Below are positions 45,514 through 56,016 of a DNA stretch of 64,000 nucleotides, one piece after another. How positions within the stretch are numbered: the stretch's first letter is position 1; every line of letters starts with the position of its first letter. The DNA is from an uncultured Acetobacteraceae bacterium (GTDB lineage Bacteria; Pseudomonadota; Gammaproteobacteria; Steroidobacterales; Steroidobacteraceae): the NCBI GenBank assembly GCA_964658135.1, contig CAZZXZ010000003.1:5914-69913 (forward strand), in the 5' to 3' direction. The notes under the pieces were generated by a model. The model made no database searches. It was not told where the DNA came from and saw nothing but the letters and a program-made list of their open reading frames with translations. The translations under genes and the position numbers were made by a program.

Positions 45514-47556
45514 ATGCAGCGCAATCGCCTTGCCGAAGAAACCAGCCCGTATCTGCAGCAACACGCAGAAAATCCGGTCGATTGGTATGCGTGGGGCGAG
45601 GCGGCGCTCGCGCTTGCGCGACGCGAAAACAAGCCGATTTTATTGTCCGTGGGTTATTCGGCGTGTCATTGGTGTCACGTGATGGCGCACGAATCCTTCG
45701 AAGATCCGGCCACCGCGGCGCTCATGAATCGCCTGTTCGTCAACATCAAGGTGGACCGCGAAGAACGGCCGGATCTCGACAAGATCTACCAACTCGCCCA
45801 GCAGCTCATCACGCAACGCCCGGGCGGTTGGCCGTTGACCATGTTCCTGACGCCCGCCGATCAGCAGCCCTTTTTCGGCGGTACGTATTTTCCGAAGGTC
45901 GCGCGCCAGGGTATGCCGGCATTCGGCGACATCTTGCAGCGGGTGGCCGAGTATTTCGCGGCCCACGCCGAGGAAATTCGGCTGCAAAACGTGCAGCTCG
46001 GACTGGCATTCGAGCGCCTCGCATCCGGTGACCGACCGGCCGCCGGCGCGCTCGATCGACGCCTCCTGCAAAAAGCACGTGACGACCTGGAGCGCGCTTT
46101 CGATCCGCAAAACGGAGGTTTCGGAGCGGCACCGAAATTTCCGCAGCCGGGCAGTCTGGAGCGCTGCCTGCGTCATTGGCATGCGACATCGGGCGACACG
46201 GCACCGGACCTCAAGGCGTTGTACATGGCGACGCTCTCGCTCACCCGCATGGCGGAAGGCGGCATCTACGACCAGATCGGCGGCGGCTTTGCGCGTTATT
46301 CGGTCGACGAATATTGGATGATCCCGCATTTCGAGAAAATGCTCTATGACAATGGGCAGCTGCTGTGCCTGTATGCGCAGGCGGGTTTGGCCACGGGCGA
46401 AGCGCTGTTCATCCGCGTGGCCGCTGAAACCGCGGCCTGGCTGCTGCGCGACATGCGCTCGCCGGAAGGTGGGTTTTACTCCAGTCTGGACGCCGATTCG
46501 GAGGGCCAGGAGGGCACTTTTTACGTATGGGACCGGGCTGCGGTGGAGGCTTTGCTGACACCTCCCGAATACGATGCGCTGGCGCAGCGCTTCGGCCTGG
46601 ACCGTCCGGCGAATTTCGAAGGACGGTGGCATCTGCACGCCTTCCAGCCGCTGATTGAGGAATCCGCCGCAACGGCGAGCCTCGAGTCGGCACGGGCCAA
46701 ACTATTAACGGCCCGCAACCATAGAATCTGGCCCGGCCGCGACGAGAAAGTACTGACTTCGTGGAACGCCTTGACCATCAAGGGACTGGCGGTAGCCGGA
46801 CGCGTCCTCGAGCGCGTCGAGCTGACCGACGCGGCCACGCAGGCGGTCGACTTCATTCGCGCGACGCTGTGGCGCGATGGCCGGTTGCTAGCGACCTTCA
46901 AGGACCGTCGAGCTCACCTGTCCGCCTATCTCGACGACTACGCCTTTCTCGCCGACGCGCTGTTGGAACTTCTACAGAATCGCTGGCGCAGCAGCGATCT
47001 CGACCTCGCACGCGGCTTGATCGAGGTGCTGCTCGAGCAATTCGCCGACCCCGTCTCCGGCGGGTTCTATTTCACGGCCGCGGATCATGAGCGTCTCATT
47101 CACCGGAGTAAGACCTTCTCGGATGATTCGCTGCCGTCGGGTAACGGCATTGCGGTGTCCGTGCTGTGCCGCTTGGGCCATTTATTGGGCGAGAGTCGTT
47201 ATCTCGACGCAGCGCAGCGCACGCTCGAAGCCGCCGGAGCGGTGCTCACGGACCACCCGCAATCTCATATGAGCGTGCTGAACGCGCTGGATGATTTCTT
47301 GACCGCTCCTGAAATCGTCATCATCCGCGGCACCTACGACGACGCAACGCGGTGGTCGCGAGAACTCGGCGCGCTCTATGCACCCGAGCGCATGATCTTC
47401 GCGATTCCGAACGAGGTCGTCGATCTACCGGCGGGGCTGGCCGATAAACGGGTCGGGACCGAGACCACGGCCTATATCTGCAGGGGCACGACGTGCTCCG
47501 CTCCGCTCACCGACTTGACGGACGTCGCGCGCACGTTGGCCGCACGCCTAGACTGA
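45514..47556 (+). CDS. Thioredoxin-domain/DUF255 protein (YyaL-like, with (alpha/alpha)6 barrel)
   Basis: [22 protein letters not shown]...[18 protein letters not shown]. Confidence 0.85.
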   Translation: MQRNRLAEETSPYLQQHAENPVDWYAWGEAALALARRENKPILLSVGYSACHWCHVMAHESFEDPATAALMNRLFVNIKVDREERPDLDKIYQLAQQLITQRPGGWPLTMFLTPADQQPFFGGTYFPKVARQGMPAFGDILQRVAEYFAAHAEEIRLQNVQLGLAFERLASGDRPAAGALDRRLLQKARDDLERAFDPQNGGFGAAPKFPQPGSLERCLRHWHATSGDTAPDLKALYMATLSLTRMAEGGIYDQIGGGFARYSVDEYWMIPHFEKMLYDNGQLLCLYAQAGLATGEALFIRVAAETAAWLLRDMRSPEGGFYSSLDADSEGQEGTFYVWDRAAVEALLTPPEYDALAQRFGLDRPANFEGRWHLHAFQPLIEESAATASLESARAKLLTARNHRIWPGRDEKVLTSWNALTIKGLAVAGRVLERVELTDAATQAVDFIRATLWRDGRLLATFKDRRAHLSAYLDDYAFLADALLELLQNRWRSSDLDLARGLIEVLLEQFADPVSGGFYFTAADHERLIHRSKTFSDDSLPSGNGIAVSVLCRLGHLLGESRYLDAAQRTLEAAGAVLTDHPQSHMSVLNALDDFLTAPEIVIIRGTYDDATRWSRELGALYAPERMIFAIPNEVVDLPAGLADKRVGTETTAYICRGTTCSAPLTDLTDVARTLAARLD

Positions 47557-48045
47557 TCGCCGCCCGAGGTGATCGGCGATGCGCCGCTGTAGTTTGCCGT
47601 GCAGCGATGTCGAGTATTCCGGTGCCACGCGCCAGTCGAACGCCCACGGTTGCGCCGTGCGGGTGTCTTCAGGCTCCCCGGCGAAGCGCGGGAACACGTG
47701 CGCATGCAGTGCCGGCTCGACGTTGCCGAACATCGCATAGTTGATGCGGACCGCTGACGTGCTCGCCAAGATCGCATCGCCGACCAGAGCCATGTCGGCC
47801 AGGAAGACCGCTCGAGCGGTCCCGGTCAAGGCATTCAGATGCGGCACCACCGGGTCCGGTAATAACAGGCAATAGCCCGTCAGCACCTGACGTTCACCCA
47901 TGACCACCCAACCCGCTTGCACTCGTGCGACCAGCGCCGGATAGTCAGACCGTCGACAGCATTCGACGATGCCGTGAATCGCGGTGAGCGGCGTTTCCAT
48001 CATTTCGGAAATGGTAACAAATGTGACGTCGATTGCGGCTTCCAC
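47548..48045 (-). CDS. HIT-like (histidine-triad superfamily) protein, divergent motif
   Basis: ...[14 protein letters not shown] resembles an HxHxH-type triad with the third His replaced. The start is uncertain (GTG 48045, ATG 48003/48000). Confidence 0.45.
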   Translation of the reverse strand: MEAAIDVTFVTISEMMETPLTAIHGIVECCRRSDYPALVARVQAGWVVMGERQVLTGYCLLLPDPVVPHLNALTGTARAVFLADMALVGDAILASTSAVRINYAMFGNVEPALHAHVFPRFAGEPEDTRTAQPWAFDWRVAPEYSTSLHGKLQRRIADHLGRRSV

Positions 48046-48087
48046 ACCGCGGTTGCGGCATTCTGACGAGAAATCCGGAGCATCATC

Positions 48088-48957
48088 GTGTCGAGCCCCC
48101 TACCCCAAACAGCCGATGTGGCATTTGAATTCGTCCGTTCGTTGGCGGGCGAATTATCCACCGGCAAGATCGATCTGCCGTCTTTTCCCGAGGTTGCCCT
48201 GCGCGTCAGGAAGGTGCTCTCCGATCCGAATTCCTCCATCGAACAAGTCGTTCGCGTCGTCGGTTCGGAGCCGGCGCTGGCGGCGCGCTTGATGCGGGTG
48301 GCGAACGCCTCGTCGTTCAATCGCAGCGGCAAACCGATCACGGATCTACGGACGGGCATCAACCGGATCGGCTACAGCATGGTGCGCACGGCGGCGATGG
48401 CCTTTTCCATGTCGCAAATGCGCCGCGGAGCCAAACTCGACAAGCTGCAGACCCGCCTCAACGAACTGTGGCGTCAGAGCACCCACGTCGCCGCCTTGGC
48501 CTACGTGATCGCGCGCACCGGCTCGAAGGTGAACCCGGATGAGGCCATGCTCACCGGAATGATGCACGGCATCGGCAAGCTCTACATCATGACGCGGGCG
48601 GCGCAACATGCCGAGCTCTTCGTCGACAAGGACACCTTGGACGGCATTCTCATCGACTGGCACGCGCAGATCGGTAAGGCGATTTTGGAAAATTGGGAAT
48701 TTTCGGACGCGATGTGCGCCGCAGTGGGCGAGCAGGAGGACCACAGCCGCGATGAAGAAATCGAGCCGGATCTCCGCGACGTGCTGGCGATCGCGATCAT
48801 CATGTCGTGCCATGGCCCGGATCCAGGGGGCCTCGAAGTCGCTCTCGAAGGGCTTCCCGCGCGCATCAGATTGGGCCTCGACGCAGAAAGAACCCGTGTC
48901 GTGGTCGAAGATTGTGCCGCCGAAGTCTCGGCACTCGGTGAAGCGCTGGGCGCCTGA
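48088..48957 (+). CDS. HDOD-domain signalling protein
   Basis: LPSFPEVALRVRKVLSDPNSSIEQVVRVVGSEPALAARLMRVANSS... and ...GMMHGIGKLY. GTG start with GGAG upstream. Confidence 0.85.
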   Translation: MSSPLPQTADVAFEFVRSLAGELSTGKIDLPSFPEVALRVRKVLSDPNSSIEQVVRVVGSEPALAARLMRVANASSFNRSGKPITDLRTGINRIGYSMVRTAAMAFSMSQMRRGAKLDKLQTRLNELWRQSTHVAALAYVIARTGSKVNPDEAMLTGMMHGIGKLYIMTRAAQHAELFVDKDTLDGILIDWHAQIGKAILENWEFSDAMCAAVGEQEDHSRDEEIEPDLRDVLAIAIIMSCHGPDPGGLEVALEGLPARIRLGLDAERTRVVVEDCAAEVSALGEALGA

Positions 48958-48987
48958 GCGCCGCGCCTCCGCTGCTCGGTACCGGTT

Positions 48988-49356
48988 CTACGGGCGGCCG
49001 GCCGCCTCGAGTTCGTGCCGTTCCGCATCCGTGAACACCCGCGAACGCGTGTGAAATGCCTTTCCTTCCGGACCTTCCAAGGAGAAAGTCCCCCCGTGAC
49101 CATCGATCACGTCGATGATGAGCTGGGTATGCTTCCAGTATTCGTACTGCGACTTACCGATGTAGAACGGACTGCCGCCGATTTCTCCGAGCAGTACATC
49201 ACCGGCACCCGGCGTGATCTCGCCGGGCAGGTAACAGTTGGCCGCGCTGTTGTCGCAGCAACCGCCGGACTGATGGAACATGACCGGCCCATGCTGAGCT
49301 TTGAGACGTTCGATCAGCTCGACCGCGGCGTCGGTGGCGATGACTCTGGCGACCAT
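48988..49356 (-). CDS. DUF779-family protein
   Basis: FHQSGGCCDNSAANCY...SQYEYWKHTQLIIDV. It lies downstream of an aldehyde dehydrogenase, the usual DUF779 context. Confidence 0.82.
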   Translation of the reverse strand: MVARVIATDAAVELIERLKAQHGPVMFHQSGGCCDNSAANCYLPGEITPGAGDVLLGEIGGSPFYIGKSQYEYWKHTQLIIDVIDGHGGTFSLEGPEGKAFHTRSRVFTDAERHELEAAGRP

Positions 49357-49369
49357 GGCATTCCTCGAT

Positions 49370-50890
49370 TCAAAAAAAGCCGAGTTTTTTGGGGCTGTAG
49401 CTGACCAACAGATTTTTCGTCTGCTGATAGTGGTTCAACATCATCTTATGGTTTTCGCGGCCAACTCCCGACTCCTTGTAACCGCCGAACGCAGCATGCG
49501 CCGGATAGGCGTGATAGCAGTTGGTCCACACACGTCCGGCCTTGATGGCCCGACCCATGCGATAGCACGTGCCCGCATCGCGCGACCACACGCCGGCACC
49601 CAGCCCATACAGCGTGTCGTTGGCGAGTTCGAGGGCCTCGGCTTCGGTTTTGAACGTGGTCACCGCCAGCACGGGTCCGAAGATTTCCTCCTGGAAGAGA
49701 CGCATTTTGTTGTGTCCCTTGAACAAGGTCGGTTGCACGTAAAAGCCACCCGCAAGATCGCCGGACAACATAGCCCGCCCGCCGCCCGCCAACAGCTGCG
49801 CCCCTTCCTGGGTTCCCAACTCCAGATAGGTCAGGATCTTGGTGAGCTGCTCCTTCGATGCCTGCGCCCCCAACATGGTCTCCGTATCGAGGGGGTTGCC
49901 CTGTTTGATGGCGGCCACCCGCTCGAGAACCCGCTGCATGAATCGCTCGTAAATCGACTCTTGGATCAGCGCACGCGAGGGACAGGTGCACACCTCGCCC
50001 TGGTTGAAGGCGAACATCACCAAACCTTCGATGGCCTTGTCGAAAAAGTCGTCATCCGCGGCGGCGATGTCGGCGAAAAATATGTTCGGTGACTTGCCGC
50101 CCAACTCGAGCGTGGTCGGAATCAGGTTGTTCGCCGCCGCTTGGGCGATGACCCGGCCGGTGGTGGTCGATCCGGTGAAGGCGATCTTCGCAATACGCCG
50201 ACTGGTGGCCAACGGCAGCCCGGCCTCGCGGCCGTAGCCGTTGACGATGTTGAGCACGCCGGGCGGCAATAGATCGGCGATCAGTTCGGCGACCAACAGA
50301 ATGCTGATGGGTGTCTGTTCAGCGGGCTTCAGCACCACGCAATTGCCGGCGGCGAGCGCCGGTGCGAGCTTCCACGCAGCCATCAGGATGGGAAAGTTCC
50401 ACGGAATGATCTGGCCGACCACGCCGAGCGGCTCGTGAAAATGATACGCGACGGTGGTCGCATCCAGATCGCTGAGCGCGCCTTCCTGCGCGCGGATGCA
50501 GCCGGCGAAATAACGAAAATGATCTACCGCCAGCGGCAGATCGGCATTCAACGTTTCGCGGATCGGTTTACCGTTATCGACGGTTTCCGCGTAGGCGAGC
50601 ATCTCGACATTCTGCTCGATGCGATCGGCGATTTTCAGCAATACATGAGCGCGCTCGGCGGGAGCGGTACTGCCCCACGCGGCGGCAGCGGCATGCGCGG
50701 CGTCGAGTGCGAGTTCGACATCCTCGCTGGTCGACCGGGCGGCCTTCGTGAATACCGTTCCGGAAATGGGCGTGACGACGTCGAAGTAATCACCCTTTGC
50801 GGGCGCCCGCCATTTACCGCCGATGAAATTATCGTAGTGGGTCTTGAATTCGAGCTTGGCACCGTGGGTGCCGGGAGCCGCATAGATCAT
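49370..50890 (-). CDS. NAD-dependent aldehyde dehydrogenase
   Basis: 506 aa. [16 protein letters not shown], and catalytic [11 protein letters not shown]. Confidence 0.92.
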   Translation of the reverse strand: MIYAAPGTHGAKLEFKTHYDNFIGGKWRAPAKGDYFDVVTPISGTVFTKAARSTSEDVELALDAAHAAAAAWGSTAPAERAHVLLKIADRIEQNVEMLAYAETVDNGKPIRETLNADLPLAVDHFRYFAGCIRAQEGALSDLDATTVAYHFHEPLGVVGQIIPWNFPILMAAWKLAPALAAGNCVVLKPAEQTPISILLVAELIADLLPPGVLNIVNGYGREAGLPLATSRRIAKIAFTGSTTTGRVIAQAAANNLIPTTLELGGKSPNIFFADIAAADDDFFDKAIEGLVMFAFNQGEVCTCPSRALIQESIYERFMQRVLERVAAIKQGNPLDTETMLGAQASKEQLTKILTYLELGTQEGAQLLAGGGRAMLSGDLAGGFYVQPTLFKGHNKMRLFQEEIFGPVLAVTTFKTEAEALELANDTLYGLGAGVWSRDAGTCYRMGRAIKAGRVWTNCYHAYPAHAAFGGYKESGVGRENHKMMLNHYQQTKNLLVSYSPKKLGFF

Positions 50891-50996
50891 GTTTTTCTCC
50901 GATGGATGGTCCTACCGCGGTCTACAGGCGCCAGCCACCGCGTATCGCCGGTATGTTACCCCGGTCGCACGCCGCCGCCTAATCCGCACGCATCCC

Positions 50997-51674
50997 TCAA
51001 GCCGTCAGCAATTGCTCGTAGAAACCGCCGATTTGTCGCGTGCGGTCGACGAAATGAATCTCGAGAATCCAGTGCCGCGCACGACCCTGCGCGTCGGGCT
51101 CACGGAGCGGCTGCGGGTTGCCATGGCGAATCGAGAAGCGTCGCGAAGCGCCGGGGACGCGTTCATGCGGAAATTGACCGATCAAATGTCCGGCCGTGGG
51201 CGCACCGAACTGCCAACCCGCCGAGTGCGCGAGGCCCGCGACATGATCGTACAACTGACCGGCAGTCAGATCGGGAGTCCGCGCAAACAGATTCTTGCCT
51301 TGCTGGAAGGCGATGGCTAGGTCACCGACCAGCCGCTGCTTGACGGGATCGGCACCAACCACGTAAGTACGCCCGAAGTCGGCCTCCCAATCCTCGAAAA
51401 CCGGACCGAAATCCAAGTACACGATGTCATCCTCGGCAATGCACCGATCGGGTCCTTCGTCGTGGTAAGTCAACAGCGTATTCGCACCGGCGCGGGCGAT
51501 GCGTTTGTGCCAGTGCCGTCGGCAGCCGAATTGCCGGCGTGCCAACGCGTGAATGTCCGCGGACAGTTCGCTTTCGAGTTTACCGGGTTGAATCAGGCCG
51601 CCTGACACGACGGCCGCGAACAAGGCTTCCGCGGTTTCCTGCGCCTTGATCAGCGACTGCGCGGTCGTATTCAT
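50997..51674 (-). CDS. M24-family (pita-bread fold) metallopeptidase, catalytic domain only
   Basis: DIVYLDFGPVFEDWEADFGRTY, GHLIGQFPHE and WILEIHF fit the D/D/H/E/E metal-site spacing. At 225 aa it lacks an N-terminal creatinase-like domain. Confidence 0.6.
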   Translation of the reverse strand: MNTTAQSLIKAQETAEALFAAVVSGGLIQPGKLESELSADIHALARRQFGCRRHWHKRIARAGANTLLTYHDEGPDRCIAEDDIVYLDFGPVFEDWEADFGRTYVVGADPVKQRLVGDLAIAFQQGKNLFARTPDLTAGQLYDHVAGLAHSAGWQFGAPTAGHLIGQFPHERVPGASRRFSIRHGNPQPLREPDAQGRARHWILEIHFVDRTRQIGGFYEQLLTA

Positions 51675-51694
51675 TTGGTATCTCTCCCGCTAAC

Positions 51695-52201
51695 ATGACC
51701 ACACTCATGAAGGCCGAAGCGTACCGAGAACTCGATACCCAACTCGCGGCCTTGTACGCCGGCGAGCGTAATGCGCTCGCGAACGCCGCCAACCTGGCGG
51801 CGCTGCTCTACCATTCGTTGGACGATGTGAACTGGGCGGGCTTTTACTGGTGCGACGCCGATGGCTTGGTACTCGGCCCCTTTCAAGGCAAAGTAGCGTG
51901 TGTGCGGATTGCGTGGGGCGCCGGCGTTTGCGGTACCGCGGCCGAACGCCGCGCCACGGTGATCGTCGAGGACGTCCACGAATTCCCGGGCCACATCGCC
52001 TGCGACGCCGCGTCACGCGCCGAGATCGTCGTCCCTCTGCTGCGCCAAGGGCAGCTCTTCGGCGTGCTGGACCTCGACAGTCCTGCCACGAAGCGCTTCG
52101 ACCGCGACGACGGCATCGGTTTACAAATGCTCGCCGAGCGCTTCATGACCAGTTCCGACCTGGATCACTGGGCGCTCACCAGCACCGGGCGGTCGCTGTA
52201 G
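51695..52201 (+). CDS. msrC: GAF-domain free methionine-(R)-sulfoxide reductase-like protein
   Basis: ANLAALLYHSL..VNWAGFYW...GPFQGKVACVRIAWGAGVCGTAA...HIACD..S.AEIVVPL is the YebR/fRMsr pattern. Confidence 0.75.
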   Translation: MTTLMKAEAYRELDTQLAALYAGERNALANAANLAALLYHSLDDVNWAGFYWCDADGLVLGPFQGKVACVRIAWGAGVCGTAAERRATVIVEDVHEFPGHIACDAASRAEIVVPLLRQGQLFGVLDLDSPATKRFDRDDGIGLQMLAERFMTSSDLDHWALTSTGRSL

Positions 52202-52878
52202 AGTGTCGGAAAAGTCCTCCGGAAATTCTCGACCTTGGGCATATCGTTCACGGCGATGTAAGGTGCGTGCGGATTGTTCACCAGATAATCCTGGTGATAG
52301 CCTTCGGCCGCGTAGAAACCCGTCAAAGGATCGACGCGGGTGACGATGGGTTTCGCGAACGCGTGGGACTGATCGAGTTGTGCGATGTAGGCCTTCGCGA
52401 TGCGTTTCTGGTCGTCGTCGGTGTAGAAAATCTCCGACCGATACTGCGTACCCACGTCGGGACCCTGTTGGTTCAACAGGGTCGGATCGTACACGACCGA
52501 GAAGGCGATCTGCAGGAGCTGCCCATAGGTCACCTGTGCTGGATCGAAGAGGATCTGCACGGATTCCGCATGGCCCGTCGCACCCGAACTGACGGTCTCG
52601 TATTGCGCCGTGTTCTTGCTGCCGCCCGCGTACCCCGCCACGACTTTTTTAACTCCCTTCACGTGCTCGAACACCCCCTGCACCCCCCAGAAACAACCGC
52701 CGGCCAATACGGCGGTCTGCGTAGCGCCCACAGCTTTCGCATTGTCGACGACCGGCGCTGCGATGAGGACGGGCGGTTCCGCCCCATATAATGGTGTGTG
52801 CCACACCGTGACGGCCAGCGTCACCGCGGCCACTGCACCGAGGAGAGGAAGCGGGCGTTTGACGAATCGATATGACAT
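52165..52878 (-). CDS. msrA: Peptide-methionine (S)-S-oxide reductase, secreted form
   Basis: Signal peptide (LLGAVAAVTLAVTVW...) plus the active site GGCFWGVQGVFE. AAGGAG precedes the ATG. Confidence 0.9.
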   Translation of the reverse strand: MSYRFVKRPLPLLGAVAAVTLAVTVWHTPLYGAEPPVLIAAPVVDNAKAVGATQTAVLAGGCFWGVQGVFEHVKGVKKVVAGYAGGSKNTAQYETVSSGATGHAESVQILFDPAQVTYGQLLQIAFSVVYDPTLLNQQGPDVGTQYRSEIFYTDDDQKRIAKAYIAQLDQSHAFAKPIVTRVDPLTGFYAAEGYHQDYLVNNPHAPYIAVNDMPKVENFRRTFPTLYSDRPVLVSAQ

Positions 52879-53159
52879 GGCTGCTCCTTGAGAGGACGTA
52901 ATGGGCCGGCGCGCGACTCAAGCGCGCTGGACGAAGCGCAGAGACACCGAGTTCATGCGGTACCGCAAGCCGGTGGGCCGCGGAAAGCTCGGCCAACCGG
53001 TACCGATTCGAACTTGCTCTGCGCGTCGTACAACGCGGTGTCGCAACGCGCAAGTATAGATACCATCGGCATGACTGGTCGCCTACTCGCCCGAAAATGA
53101 CGCCTCGGTGCCCTCTTGGCGCGCCACTTTCATATCCACGGTGGCTGAGGTACTCTGCC

Positions 53160-53275
53160 GATCTCTTTGGGGAGTAGCCGACCCTCGGACACGAGGGGTG
53201 GTGCATCAACATACTTGGCCTTTCGGCCATGGTGCACCGAGCCGCGAGGCCTGGCGAGACCATTGACTAGATTCC
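53160..53275 (+). promoter_or_regulatory. yybP-ykoY (Mn2+-sensing) riboswitch-like leader
   Basis: Conserved blocks GGGGAGUAGC (53169-53178), AACAUAC and GGCGAGACC (ends 53261). Nested helices: CCCUCG-GACA-CGAGGG and GGUGCA...GGCC-UUUC-GGCC...UGCACC. It lies 60-70 nt upstream of a cation-transporter gene. Recognised from memory of the family consensus, not scored with a covariance model. Confidence 0.62.
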
Positions 53276-53332
53276 TATCCGGGCTGGACGGGAATCTCGT
53301 CAGTGGCTCGAGTTCAGCCCCGAGGATTCTTC

Positions 53333-54346
53333 GTGACCTCATCGGTGTTTCTGGCGTTCGCCCTGTTGTTGATCTCTGCAGTGGCCATCTATTGGGCCTG
53401 CGAGTACTTCGTCAACGGCATCGAGTGGGTGGGGCGCAAGGCGGGCGTCTCGCAAAACGCCGTGGGAACCGTGTTGGCGGCATTCGGCACCGCGCTGCCC
53501 GAGAGCGTAGTGACCTTCGTCGCGGTCATCTTCGGACATGATGCGGCCGCTCGCAGCATCGGTGTGGGGGCCGCTCTGGGAGGCCCGCTGGTACTCGCGA
53601 CCTTGGCGTATCCGGTCGTCGGGATCATGCTGTTGGTGACCCGCACCCCCGCAACCCGGCCCATCGATTTGAATGGGCGCCGGCTGAGCCGGGATCAAGG
53701 TTGGTTCTTGATCATCTTCCTGTGCAAAATCACTCTCGGCCTCATTGCCTTTACCATCAAGCCTTGGCTGGGCTGGCTGTTTCTCCTGGCCTACGCGCTA
53801 TACAGCTGGAGCGAAATGCGGCAGGAAAAATCCGTCTCCGAGGGCGAGCCGGAGCCGCTCAAATTTCAACCACGGCGCGCGCAACCTGCCGCGATCTTGG
53901 CGGGCGCGCAAACGCTGTTGGCGCTCATCGTCATCTTCGGCGCATCGCAGGTCTTCGTTGCTCAGCTGTCCGTGGTGGGTCCGTGGCTCGGTATCCCGTC
54001 GGCGGTCGCCGCCCTCTTGCTGAGTCCCATCGCCACCGAACTGCCGGAAACCATGAATGCCATCATCTGGATTCGGCAGGGCAAACATCGCCTGGCTCTG
54101 GCGAACATCAGCGGTTCGATGATGATTCAGGCAACCATCCCCACGGCGCTCGGCTTGTTCTTCACACCCTGGCTGTTCAACCGGGCTCTGGCGTGGGCGG
54201 CCGCCGTCACCGCATTGGCGATCACCGGCCTGTTGACCCTGCTCCGGCGGGAGGCGCTCACCCCCGCGCGTCTCGCGCTATTCGGTATTTTTTATCTCTT
54301 ATTCGTGGCCGGCATCGTCTTTTTGTGGCGTACCGCGCGCTGGTGA
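53333..54346 (+). CDS. CaCA-family (Na+/Ca2+ exchanger-like, YrbG-type) cation antiporter
   Basis: Two alpha-repeat-like segments (GTVLAAFGTALPESVV and LLLSPIATELPETMNAI) within about 10 TM helices. GTG 53333 is preceded by GAGGA. GTG 53303 is an alternative start. Confidence 0.78.
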   Translation: MTSSVFLAFALLLISAVAIYWACEYFVNGIEWVGRKAGVSQNAVGTVLAAFGTALPESVVTFVAVIFGHDAAARSIGVGAALGGPLVLATLAYPVVGIMLLVTRTPATRPIDLNGRRLSRDQGWFLIIFLCKITLGLIAFTIKPWLGWLFLLAYALYSWSEMRQEKSVSEGEPEPLKFQPRRAQPAAILAGAQTLLALIVIFGASQVFVAQLSVVGPWLGIPSAVAALLLSPIATELPETMNAIIWIRQGKHRLALANISGSMMIQATIPTALGLFFTPWLFNRALAWAAAVTALAITGLLTLLRREALTPARLALFGIFYLLFVAGIVFLWRTARW

Positions 54347-54356
54347 GAGGCCTCGC

Positions 54357-55400
54357 TTACGCAAGGCTCGCCATATCGATCACGAAGCGATACCGGACGT
54401 CGCTTTTGACGACCCGTTCGTAGGCTTCGTTGATCTTCTGAATGGGCGTGATTTCGATGTCGGACTCGAGGTTGTGCCGGCTGCAAAAATCGAGCATTTC
54501 CTGAGTTTCGGCAATTCCTCCAATCATGGAACCGGACAAGCTGCGCCGTTTCGGGATCAGCGAGAAAGCTGCCACGGGGACTTCGGTCTCCGGCACGCCG
54601 ACCACCACCATCGCGCCATCGACTTTCAGCATCGAGAGATATTGGTTCCAATCGATCGGCGCCGACACTGTGTTGACGATGAGATCGAACGTCTCTTTCA
54701 GCTTGGCGAACGTTTCCGGATCGGACGATGCGTGATAGTGATCGGCGCCCATGCGCATGGCCTCCGCCTGCTTGTTCATGGACTGGCTGATGACCGTCAC
54801 GTCGGCGCCGAGCGCATGCGCTATTTTCACCCCCATGTGTCCCAGCCCGCCGAGACCGACGATGGCGACACGCTTACCCGGCCCCGCCTTCCAATGCACC
54901 AGCGGGGAATACAGCGTAATGCCGGCGCACAGCAGAGGTGCCGCCCCCGCCAGCGACAGATTCTCAGGAATGTGCAGGATATAGTCTTGATTCACCACGA
55001 TCTTGTCCGAATATCCGCCCATCGTCGGCGTCTTGCCATCGCGTTCGATGCCGTTGTACGTCTGCGTGCAGCCTTCCACGCAGTATTGTTCGACGCCCCG
55101 TTTGCAATACGTGCAGTGCCGGCATGAATCGACGAAACAACCCACGCCGACCCGATCGCCCACTTTGAATTTCTTGACACCGGTACCGACGCTCGACACC
55201 AACCCGACGATTTCGTGCCCCGGCACCATCGGAAAAATGGAACCGCCCCAGCCGTCCTGCACCTGATGGATGTCGGAATGACACACCCCGCAGAACTTGA
55301 TGTCGATCAACACATCGTTGGGTCCCGGCGAGCGACGCTCGAACGTGAAGGGAGCGATGGGCGCTTTCGCATGGGTGGCCGCATAGCCTTTGGTCAGCAT
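54357..55400 (-). CDS. Zn-dependent NAD(P) alcohol dehydrogenase (cinnamyl-ADH/YahK type)
   Basis: From ATG 55400 (GGAG upstream): [15 protein letters not shown], and the structural-Zn Cys cluster [25 protein letters not shown] is the dinucleotide fold. Confidence 0.9.
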   Translation of the reverse strand: MLTKGYAATHAKAPIAPFTFERRSPGPNDVLIDIKFCGVCHSDIHQVQDGWGGSIFPMVPGHEIVGLVSSVGTGVKKFKVGDRVGVGCFVDSCRHCTYCKRGVEQYCVEGCTQTYNGIERDGKTPTMGGYSDKIVVNQDYILHIPENLSLAGAAPLLCAGITLYSPLVHWKAGPGKRVAIVGLGGLGHMGVKIAHALGADVTVISQSMNKQAEAMRMGADHYHASSDPETFAKLKETFDLIVNTVSAPIDWNQYLSMLKVDGAMVVVGVPETEVPVAAFSLIPKRRSLSGSMIGGIAETQEMLDFCSRHNLESDIEITPIQKINEAYERVVKSDVRYRFVIDMASLA

Positions 55401-55455
55401 GGTAGTTTCTCCGAATGATGATGAAGCACGATGGGTCGCATCGTGCAGCGGCGCC

Positions 55456-56016
55456 TCAACCGTTCCAGGTGCGCGGCACGCCGGTGTCGAGATGGACGAA
55501 ATTCGACGCTTTATAATAGCCCACACCGCCGAAATTCATGGCCCTCGCCTGAGTGGAGACCTCTGCGCAGTCGACGCCCGCGAGGCGAATGTCGATTGCA
55601 CGCCCCTCGAGGTGCAGGCTGTGACGCGCGACGCCGCTGGATCTTTCGCGTAGCTGTTCGTTCGTCTCCGGCGATCGGTAACCGGAAATGACGCTGTAGA
55701 CGGGATCGACTCCGAGGCGCTGCGCGACGTCGTACAGATGATCGAGTAAGGTCGAGTCGATGATGTGCTGCTCGCCGTTACGGTAATCGCGGAGCAAAAT
55801 TTGAATCGCGGCCAGCGCATCGGGCACATAGACGCCGCCACGACAGAACTCGAGATCGAGACGTTCTTGGGTGTGCAGATTGAACAGCGCGAGCCGCTTG
55901 CCGACGCCGCGCGATTCCGCCGCCGATGCCGCGCCCGAACGCCGCACCAACCCGGCGGTAGAGGCCAAAGCGACCGCGCTTCCCACGTGCAACAGCCGCC
56001 GCCGCGTCCACGTCAT
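55456..56016 (-). CDS. DUF882/peptidase M15A-like (YcbK/MepK-type) protein with Tat signal
   Basis: Twin-arginine leader [19 protein letters not shown]. ...[10 protein letters not shown]...[11 protein letters not shown]...[11 protein letters not shown]. The ATG overlaps the decarboxylase stop (ATGA). Confidence 0.78.
   Translation of the reverse strand: MTWTRRRLLHVGSAVALASTAGLVRRSGAASAAESRGVGKRLALFNLHTQERLDLEFCRGGVYVPDALAAIQILLRDYRNGEQHIIDSTLLDHLYDVAQRLGVDPVYSVISGYRSPETNEQLRERSSGVARHSLHLEGRAIDIRLAGVDCAEVSTQARAMNFGGVGYYKASNFVHLDTGVPRTWNG

Noticed and set aside
53005-53013. GATTCGAAC (minus strand GTTCGAATC), which resembles a tRNA T-loop
   Set aside because: The flanking bases do not form a T-stem (AGCAA versus GGTAC). 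No acceptor, D or anticodon arms can be drawn in the surrounding 90 nt. It is not a tRNA or an evident tRNA remnant.
52901-53059. 52-codon ORF (MGRRATQARWTKRRDTEF...) with a GAGAGGA-like sequence upstream, in the msrA/riboswitch spacer
   Set aside because: Its extremely Arg-rich composition is what GC-rich non-coding DNA yields. It overlaps another equally implausible frame (52888-53100). I have no supporting evidence beyond the RBS-like purine run.
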